From: an uncultured SAR86 cluster bacterium
Lineage (GTDB): Bacteria > Pseudomonadota > Gammaproteobacteria > Magnimaribacterales > D2472
DNA: 64,000 nt
Reading direction: 5' to 3'
NCBI GenBank assembly: GCA_902556105.1
Contig: CACDUZ010000003.1
Span: 49,579 to 113,578 of the forward strand
Under the pieces are notes generated by a model. It saw nothing but the letters and a program-made list of their open reading frames with translations, ran no database searches and had not been told where the DNA came from. The position numbers and the translations under genes are program-made. The first letter of the stretch is position 1, and every line of letters begins with the position of its first letter. Positions 56,472-63,043 of the stretch are shown piece by piece.

Positions 56472-56863
56472 CCACATTTTTTAAAGGCTATTTATTATTG
56501 ATTGGTTTGATTTCTATTGTAATGGGCTTATATGGTATGTTTGCGCCGGATTTTAGTTGGTATCCACCATTTGAAACTATCGAAAGAGGAACATCATTAT
56601 CAAATTTTGTTCGGACTATTTCAGGAGTCTTTGTAGCTTCCGGCTACATACTTATAAGGTTTATATTTTCATCGTCAAAGGTTCAGCTAGGCACTGTCTT
56701 AATATATCTAGTAGCATTTATGTTAGTTGGTAAATTTACTGGTTTTCTTTACGATGGATTTCTTCAACATGACGTAATTGCATTTAGTTTGGGAATCATC
56801 ACATTTATAGCTTTACTAAGAATTCATAGGTATAGAAAAAGTTTATTAAATTACGATCTTTAA
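56468..56863 (+). CDS. hypothetical membrane protein
   Basis: The ATG at 56468 forms an ATGA overlap with the upstream stop. About 4 TM helices. Confidence 0.4.
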   Translation: MTTFFKGYLLLIGLISIVMGLYGMFAPDFSWYPPFETIERGTSLSNFVRTISGVFVASGYILIRFIFSSSKVQLGTVLIYLVAFMLVGKFTGFLYDGFLQHDVIAFSLGIITFIALLRIHRYRKSLLNYDL

Positions 56864-56869
56864 AAAATT

Positions 56870-56899
56870 TTCCACTTAAACATAATATCTATATATAAT
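56870..56899 (+). promoter_or_regulatory. candidate sigma70 promoter of tRNA-Leu
   Basis: TTCCAC, 18-nt spacer, TATAAT. The -10 ends 10 nt before the tRNA 5' end. Confidence 0.35.
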
Positions 56900-56909
56900 G
56901 CATCTTCTT

Positions 56910-56994
56910 GGGGATGTGGTGGAACTGGTAGACACGCTTGGCTTAGAACCAAGTGCCGCAAGGCGTGGGGGTTCGACTCCCTCCATCCCTACCA
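56910..56994 (+). tRNA. tRNA-Leu (anticodon UAG), long variable arm, CCA encoded
   Basis: Hand-folded. Acceptor GGGGATG/CATCCCT (G1-U72), anticodon stem CTTGG/CCAAG with loop CT-TAG-AA, T-arm GGGGGTTCGACTCCCTC. Confidence 0.88.
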
Positions 56995-57039
56995 TGTAAA
57001 TTTTTTTGTAAAAATTTTACTCGTAAAAATTAGTAATTA

Positions 57040-57924
57040 CTAAGAGCGAGCTTTAGAAAAGAGCTTGTATCTCATAAAGTACAACATCATTTTCCAGTCA
57101 GGAATTTTATAGGGATCGGGTTTATCTAAATTAGACCCCAGTTTGGATAAACTGGGGGCATTTTTATTAGACTCATTTTCTAAAAAAACTTCTTTTTGAA
57201 TCGAAGATAATAAGTTCAAAAAGCTATTTTTTACTAAGTGATCATTTGAAGAAGATTCTGTATTTGAATAACGAATCATAATAATTTCTCTACCAGGTTC
57301 AGTGAATTTAGGTAGTCGATGCCAAATAGATCTATGAAAGATTACAACTGTACCAATTCCACCATGAGTTTTAATAATATCTTTATCTGAAAATGGAGAT
57401 TTACTTAAATCAATGTATGTTGCATCATCAATCTTGTTTTTAGTTATAGAACTATTATCGATAGTACATAAATGAGATCTTTTCACAAATTCAGTAATAC
57501 CAAATTTTTTATCAGGCTTAGTTAAATATATAAATATACTCAATCCGTTTCCCAAGTCACTATGCAGTGGAATTCCATTCTCTGAAAAAATTTTTTTTTG
57601 AATTGAAATCGTTCCTAAAGAGATGTCTGAATTGAAATATTTTTTAAGAAACTTAATTAAATCTGTATCCAACACTAACTTAAGAGCTTTTGAGCTGCAA
57701 AGACCGACGTGGTCAATCCACTGATTATTTCCAATGATAAATGAAGATATTCTATTATTAAAACTTATATTTTTATACCAAGATAATGTATCCTTTCTTA
57801 TATCATTAATAATATCACTAGGAATTATACTGGGTAAAATAATTACTCCATCTTCCTTTAATTGTTTGAGATGATTTTCAGATAAAGATAAAAATGAAGG
57901 CATGGTAATTATTATACCTTGCAA
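57040..57924 (-). CDS. Fe(II)/2-oxoglutarate dioxygenase, phytanoyl-CoA dioxygenase (PhyH)-like
   Basis: PhyH-like N-terminus (LSENHLKQLKEDGVIILPSII), HxD (PLHSDL) and a distal His (VVIFHRSIWH). Confidence 0.55.
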   Translation of the reverse strand: MQGIIITMPSFLSLSENHLKQLKEDGVIILPSIIPSDIINDIRKDTLSWYKNISFNNRISSFIIGNNQWIDHVGLCSSKALKLVLDTDLIKFLKKYFNSDISLGTISIQKKIFSENGIPLHSDLGNGLSIFIYLTKPDKKFGITEFVKRSHLCTIDNSSITKNKIDDATYIDLSKSPFSDKDIIKTHGGIGTVVIFHRSIWHRLPKFTEPGREIIMIRYSNTESSSNDHLVKNSFLNLLSSIQKEVFLENESNKNAPSLSKLGSNLDKPDPYKIPDWKMMLYFMRYKLFSKARS

Positions 57925-57964
57925 TCTAGAATATAAAACATGCTAGTGAAAACCATATGTAGAA

Positions 57965-57989
57965 GGTTTGAATCCCTAAATCCCTACCA
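57965..57989 (+). repeat. decayed direct copy of the tRNA-Leu 3' end (T-arm/acceptor/CCA)
   Basis: GGTTTGAATCCCTAAATCCCTACCA versus tRNA 56970-56994 GGTTCGACTCCCTCCATCCCTACCA: 21 of 25 identical by hand alignment. All 4 differences are C to T/A. Confidence 0.75.
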
Positions 57990-58010
57990 TTAAGTTTTAA
58001 CATTTAATAA
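57971..58010. repeat. left copy of a perfect 40-bp inverted repeat
   Basis: AATCCCTAAATCCCTACCATTAAGTTTTAACATTTAATAA is the exact reverse complement of 62924-62963, checked base by base. Confidence 0.9.
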
Positions 58011-58272
58011 TTGTAAAAAGAGACCAGATTAATAGTCCATAGCCGAGAACTTTCTTTCCACCATACTTATCAGCTAAGTAGCCTCCAAGAATCATAGTGA
58101 TCATGTATCCAAAATAAAAAGAACCTAAAATTATGCCAACTTGAAGTTCAGACCAGCCAAATTGGTCTTGCATGGGAATAATAGCTACAGAAATATTAAC
58201 TCTGTCTATGTAACAGATAAAAACAGCTAAGAAAGATAAAAAAACAACTTTAAACCTATATGGGAAGTTCAT
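57997..58272 (-). pseudogene. MFS transporter, N-terminal fragment (about 2 TM helices) truncated at the left IR
   Basis: The 91-aa ORF starts like an MFS/ACS-family transporter (CYIDRVNISVAI...GSFYFGYMITMILGGYLADKYGGKKVL). The last residues IKC-stop are encoded by the repeat itself. ATGA overlap with the P450 stop. Confidence 0.7.
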
Positions 58273-59627
58273 TTAGGGGAAAACTTTATCGGCATTTCCT
58301 GAATTGCATGTACAAAATTATTAGGTGCTACCTTCCATTCGCCATTCATTTCAAAGTCTTGAAATCTTGATAAAAACTGCGAATAAAACTCTTGTAGTTG
58401 CATCAACGCAACGGGTTTACCAAGACAGGTATGTCTGCCTATTCCAAAAGCTAAATGTTTATCTGCATTTTTCCTTAAAATATTAAATTCATCAGGATTT
58501 TTAAAGATAGCAGGATCTCTATTTGCTGCTCCATACCATAATGCTACCTTCTCATGTGCTCCAATTCTTTGACCGTTTATTTCAGTTTCTTCTAAAGTAG
58601 TTCTTCTCATATGTATTACAGGGGATACACATCTTACAGTTTCATTTATAAAGTTTGGTATTAAGTCTTGATTCTGCATTAATAAATCTTTTTGAGTTTG
58701 ATTTTCATGAAGCAGTTTAATACCCCCACTCATGGTATTTCTTGTAGTGTCATTACCAGCAAAGATAATTAACAGCCACGATCCATCTAAAAATTCATCG
58801 CTTAACTTTTCTCCATCTATCTCAGCATTTGCAATTGCAGTAAGCAGGTCGTCAGAAGGATTCTCTCTCTTATCTTTTAATATAAACCTTCCATAATCAA
58901 ACATTTCATCAACCATTGAATTAAACATATCTATGATTGCAGGATCTGGTGTGGATTCTGTTTTTCCTTCGTTTTGTTCTTTAATAATTTCATATGTAAA
59001 ATATTGTGCAAGCTCTAAGAACTCCATCCACGATACTAGTTTTTGTCTATCTTCTTCTGGTATGCCTAATATTTCAGACAAAGTATATATAGGCAATTGT
59101 TGAGAAACTTGTTGTACAAGATTGCACTGACCCATTGGAGCTATAATATCTAATAATTCAGTAACTTTTACTGAGACTTTCTTTCTTAAATCATCAACAT
59201 ATCCAGGTTTAAAAAAAGGCATGTGTTCTTTTCTTAAGTTGAGATGCATTTGGCCATCTAAATTTAACATATGGTCAATTGTTGATTTGAATAGTTTTGG
59301 ATGTCTATTTTCTTCAGCTCCTTGGGTTAACATATTTCCAGTTGCATATTGAGATGAAAATATTTTTGGATTCATTGATACATGTTTTATATCCTCATAT
59401 CTTGTAAGCGCCCAATATCCTGGCTCTGGATCCATTGGCATAGGCTCATGAAAAAATATAGGAGCGTTATCTCTAAGTTCTTTATATAAGTCAAATGGCT
59501 GCCCTTTTGTAAATAAATCTAAGTCATTTAATTTATTAGATGGTTTGAAGGAATTTATTTGTTTGAAGGCAGGGTTTCTTATCTCATTATTAATAATTTG
59601 ATCAGATAGTACAAAACTTTTTGACAT
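58269..59627 (-). CDS. cytochrome P450
   Basis: Heme-thiolate loop FGIGRHTCLGKPVA, I-helix AGNDTT, and K-helix ETVRCVSP (ExxR). Confidence 0.93.
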   Translation of the reverse strand: MSKSFVLSDQIINNEIRNPAFKQINSFKPSNKLNDLDLFTKGQPFDLYKELRDNAPIFFHEPMPMDPEPGYWALTRYEDIKHVSMNPKIFSSQYATGNMLTQGAEENRHPKLFKSTIDHMLNLDGQMHLNLRKEHMPFFKPGYVDDLRKKVSVKVTELLDIIAPMGQCNLVQQVSQQLPIYTLSEILGIPEEDRQKLVSWMEFLELAQYFTYEIIKEQNEGKTESTPDPAIIDMFNSMVDEMFDYGRFILKDKRENPSDDLLTAIANAEIDGEKLSDEFLDGSWLLIIFAGNDTTRNTMSGGIKLLHENQTQKDLLMQNQDLIPNFINETVRCVSPVIHMRRTTLEETEINGQRIGAHEKVALWYGAANRDPAIFKNPDEFNILRKNADKHLAFGIGRHTCLGKPVALMQLQEFYSQFLSRFQDFEMNGEWKVAPNNFVHAIQEMPIKFSPK

Positions 59628-59660
59628 AAAATTAATTATAAATGATGGTTGAAAGAGAGG

Positions 59661-60266
59661 CTATTCGCCACCTCCTCCGCCACCTACTCCATCTGAAGTT
59701 GGTTTAGGATGAGTTAAATATATTGAAGACATAAAAGTAACTCCATTTCCTAGTGCTGATGATATCTCTTTTAAGTTTAGTTTTTCAGAAAGATCTGGAT
59801 ATGGTTCTGCATCACCAGTTTGATCATTTATAAGAAGTGCGCCTTTTTTTGATATTAAAAATATATCGTCAGATATTATTACTAGTGAATATTGTGTAAA
59901 AATTGATTTTTTAAATCTTTTCCTAAATACAATTTCTCCAGTATCCCATGATAACTTTGCTACTTCTTTTGATGAAGCAAGATAATACATATGATTATCA
60001 AGAGTATGTGGTATGAATGGAATTAAGGAGCTATGGAGAGTTTGTTGAAAATGTGACCATAGAAATTCTCCAGAGTCTTGCTTAAAACAGTGAACCATTT
60101 TTGAGCCTGTCCACATTGAGCTAAAGACTATTACATAGTTTTCATATTGACCGATAATATCTGGTTTATATCCAGGAGTTAGATCTCCAACCCATATAGG
60201 TTTATTTTCTGTTAAGTCGTATTTAGATACTGAGCCTTTTTTGCCGAAGATAGCTACTTTATTCAT
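59661..60266 (-). CDS. hypothetical beta-propeller-like (PQQ/BamB-like repeat) protein with a C-terminal oligo-Gly tail
   Basis: 201 aa with no signal peptide. Repeated G..lW-type blades (KPIWVGDL, GEFLWSH, TGEIVFRK). The C-terminus is DGVGGGGGGE, encoded by a GC-rich run. Confidence 0.45.
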   Translation of the reverse strand: MNKVAIFGKKGSVSKYDLTENKPIWVGDLTPGYKPDIIGQYENYVIVFSSMWTGSKMVHCFKQDSGEFLWSHFQQTLHSSLIPFIPHTLDNHMYYLASSKEVAKLSWDTGEIVFRKRFKKSIFTQYSLVIISDDIFLISKKGALLINDQTGDAEPYPDLSEKLNLKEISSALGNGVTFMSSIYLTHPKPTSDGVGGGGGGE

Positions 60267-60334
60267 ATTGTTAATTGTATAGAAGTGGTGCAGGGAATAT
60301 AACTCCCTGCATCAGCATTATCTAAAGCAACAAC

Positions 60335-62698
60335 CTAAAAGCTATAAGAATATTTAAGTGTTACTGTTCTCGGCGGTATCCATTGCATCCAGTTTCTTGG
60401 TCTCCAGGATGTATCATCAACAGCATATATATATGCCTCTGTTCTTTCATCAGTAAGATTATCAATGGATAATTGAAGTTTTGAATATTCACTCAAGTCT
60501 AATCCAAGATTGAAATTTAATTTTGTGTAATCTGGAGAGCTTGAATTTGGATTTTCAGCAAATGTATTAAAACTATCTCCATAATAATTTACATCAAGTC
60601 TTGCATAGGATGGATATGACATAATTGTTGTGTCATACACTAATCCAAGATTCCACTGAGTTTCAACTGTATTAGGTAGTCTATCGCCAGCTGAAGCGCC
60701 AAGAGATGAAATATCTATTGATGTCTCAGCAGTCATGGAACTTCCAGCAAAATCAAGAGAAATTTCATCATTAACTGTATAAGTAAAGTCGACTTCCCAG
60801 CCTGAAGTCTCAGCTTTACCACCATTAAAATTATATCTCCATCCACAACCCGGTGTTACCTGAATGATAATTCCATCCCAATCAACATCAAAATATGTAA
60901 CATTGGCACTATAATTTTCGCCTCTTGCTTTCACTCCAAATTCTGTAGTCTCAGCTTCGTCTGAATTAAATCTTCTTGAGAAGTTTGCTTGTGCTGCTTC
61001 GTCACTACTACAAAAAGGTGGAAGTGGAGCCTGATTTCCACCAGGTCTATACCCGGCTGCCTGTGTTGCATATAAGGTTAAGTCATCATTAACCATGTAA
61101 TTAACAGCATATTTCATTCTTGTATCAGACTCTGACCCTGAAAGTTCAGCACAATCAGTTCCAGCAGGATCATTACCATCACATCCATTGCTGTCCATAA
61201 AGAAGATACCATACTGATAAGATTTTGATGCATCTTCAATTTCATAATCTCTGATACCAAATGTTAGTGTTAACTTGTCATTAACGTTGTAATCAAATTG
61301 ACCATAAAAAGATGTTTCTTCTTGCTCGTTGTACTCAGTATAGGAACCATAATAGAAGTATGGATAGCCTAAATGATCATCACAGAAAGGAGGACAATAA
61401 ATTGTTGCATCATAATCGCCAGGACTTAAACCAGCTGCATAAAGCATCACATACTCTAACCAATCTTGATCCACCGCATATTGAGTTTGTGATACTGAAT
61501 TAGGTTCTTCATTAAACTTATAATTATAATAACCTACAGTCCACTCAAATTTGCCGGGTTTTGAGATTAATCTTAGCTCAGTTGTTTCTTGGTAAGATTC
61601 ATCTCCATCTACGATTAGTGGTGCTGGAACATAATCATCCATATCAATTCTAGCCCAATCAGTTACTGAATCATCAGTTACTGTTCTGTCAGAAATAATT
61701 AAGTTAGCATCAAAAGCACCAAAGTCATATTTAATATTCGCAATTAAAGTTTCTCTAGTAATGTCCTCAGATTCATCCGCTGCTAAAGCATGTGCAAATT
61801 TTGGATCATAATTTGTAAGAACTCCATTAACACCCTCGCTGACTGCATATGTTGATATTGCACTTAAACGTGAACATGTTGGATCTCCATCAAAATTATA
61901 AAACCAACTGGTTGCCTGAGGACAGCCCTCAACATAGACGTCTGCACTTCCAGGCTTACTTTGCCCAGGTTCCAAGATACCATATGCTTTATTATTAAAA
62001 TTTACGTATCGTAAACTACCAGTTAACTTTCCACCGTTGTTAAATCCTAGAGTAATCATTAATTGAGAGTCATCCTCTTCGCCAACAGTTTTGCCTGTTT
62101 GAATGTTTTTATAAATACCAGGAGAAACTAATTGTGAATAGACCGTCCTAAGTGCAAGATTGTCTGATAACGATAAGTTATACATCATTTCAATGCTAGT
62201 TTCTGGATCACTGGCTTTAACTTTATCACCGTAACCAATTCTTATTTTTCCATAAGATGCACTTGAATCAGGCTTATTAGTTATGTATCTGATGGTTCCA
62301 CCAATTGCATTTGAACCGTAGAGTGTACCTTGAGGTCCTCTCAATACTTCAATACGCTCAACATCGAATAAACCCATCAATGCTCCACTTACCTCATCAA
62401 TATAAGTTGAAGAAGTTCCAGAGCCACGTTGTGAAGTTGATGTGTTTAAACCCCTAAAGGTGTAATAATTTGAGCCGCCCGGTGTTGAAACACCTGCCAA
62501 TGATCGCAAATAGTCTTCAGGGTTTGTTATGCCTCTTTCTTCTAGTGCTGTTTCAGTAATAACAGAAATATTCATTGGTATTTCTTGAAGTGTTTCAGCC
62601 TTCTTGTTAGCAGTAACAATAACTTCTTCAACTTCTTGTGAAATTAAAGATAATGGCATTAAAAACAATGCGACATACAATAAATTTAAATTTTTCAT
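60335..62698 (-). CDS. TonB-dependent receptor (TBDR-4)
   Basis: Signal peptide MKNLNLLYVALFLMPLSLISQ, TonB box EVEEVIVTANK, plug IEVLRGPQGTLYGSNA, and a barrel ending ...YSYSF. GAGGA sits 7 nt before the ATG at 62698. The tracked ATG at 62704 is only 1 nt from that Shine-Dalgarno. Confidence 0.88.
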   Translation of the reverse strand: MKNLNLLYVALFLMPLSLISQEVEEVIVTANKKAETLQEIPMNISVITETALEERGITNPEDYLRSLAGVSTPGGSNYYTFRGLNTSTSQRGSGTSSTYIDEVSGALMGLFDVERIEVLRGPQGTLYGSNAIGGTIRYITNKPDSSASYGKIRIGYGDKVKASDPETSIEMMYNLSLSDNLALRTVYSQLVSPGIYKNIQTGKTVGEEDDSQLMITLGFNNGGKLTGSLRYVNFNNKAYGILEPGQSKPGSADVYVEGCPQATSWFYNFDGDPTCSRLSAISTYAVSEGVNGVLTNYDPKFAHALAADESEDITRETLIANIKYDFGAFDANLIISDRTVTDDSVTDWARIDMDDYVPAPLIVDGDESYQETTELRLISKPGKFEWTVGYYNYKFNEEPNSVSQTQYAVDQDWLEYVMLYAAGLSPGDYDATIYCPPFCDDHLGYPYFYYGSYTEYNEQEETSFYGQFDYNVNDKLTLTFGIRDYEIEDASKSYQYGIFFMDSNGCDGNDPAGTDCAELSGSESDTRMKYAVNYMVNDDLTLYATQAAGYRPGGNQAPLPPFCSSDEAAQANFSRRFNSDEAETTEFGVKARGENYSANVTYFDVDWDGIIIQVTPGCGWRYNFNGGKAETSGWEVDFTYTVNDEISLDFAGSSMTAETSIDISSLGASAGDRLPNTVETQWNLGLVYDTTIMSYPSYARLDVNYYGDSFNTFAENPNSSSPDYTKLNFNLGLDLSEYSKLQLSIDNLTDERTEAYIYAVDDTSWRPRNWMQWIPPRTVTLKYSYSF

Positions 62699-62713
62699 AA
62701 TCATATCCTCTAT

Positions 62714-62740
62714 AAAAAAAAACCCAGCATAAGCTGGGTC
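62714..62740 (-). terminator. rho-independent terminator-like hairpin abutting the TBDR-4 RBS
   Basis: Minus strand reads GACCCAGC-TTAT-GCTGGGT plus a T-run, followed immediately by ATAGAGGATATGATTATG. Confidence 0.6.
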
Positions 62741-62923
62741 TAATACATAAAAAAAGATCCAGCTACTTAGCGATTTCCCGGTTTTTATGTAATTTAATTT
62801 TAAACATTAGACTTTAGTATAACTACAAAAAGGAATTTGGCTAGTATTTTTTTGGTTAAAAATATCTGACTTATATATTTAAATTTAAGATCCTTAAGCA
62901 ACAACTATGTTTGAAGTAACTAC

Positions 62924-62963
62924 TTATTAAATGTTAAAACTTAATGGTAGGGATTTAGGGATT
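62924..62963. repeat. right copy of the perfect 40-bp inverted repeat
   Basis: The reverse complement equals 57971-58010. Three further matching bases lie beyond one mismatch on the tRNA-like side. Confidence 0.9.
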
Positions 62964-63043
62964 TAAATAAGAATAATTCATTAGACATATATGAGGATCA
63001 CAGATTAGATAGCAAATTAAGATCTGATGATCTTCTTAATAAA

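Larger units (their letters stand above)
57971..62963. other. IR-bounded 4.9-kb cassette (possible rearranged, invertible or formerly mobile segment; no recombinase inside)
   Basis: Bounded by the 40-bp IR. Contains MFS' - P450 - beta-propeller-like - TBDR-4, all on the minus strand. Confidence 0.5.

Noticed and set aside
57925-57990. Possibility that the tRNA-like sequence is a complete second tRNA gene or pseudogene.
   Set aside because: No complementary 5' acceptor strand (AGGGATT-like), D-arm or anticodon arm can be found upstream. Only the 3' ~25 nt resemble tRNA-Leu.
57971-58010. dif/XerCD-like site: the repeat contains ATGTTAAA (on its reverse complement), identical to the core of the XerD arm of E. 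coli dif (TTATGTTAAAT).
   Set aside because: Only an 8-mer matches. No XerC arm or central region is recognisable, and such an AT-rich 8-mer is likely to occur by chance.
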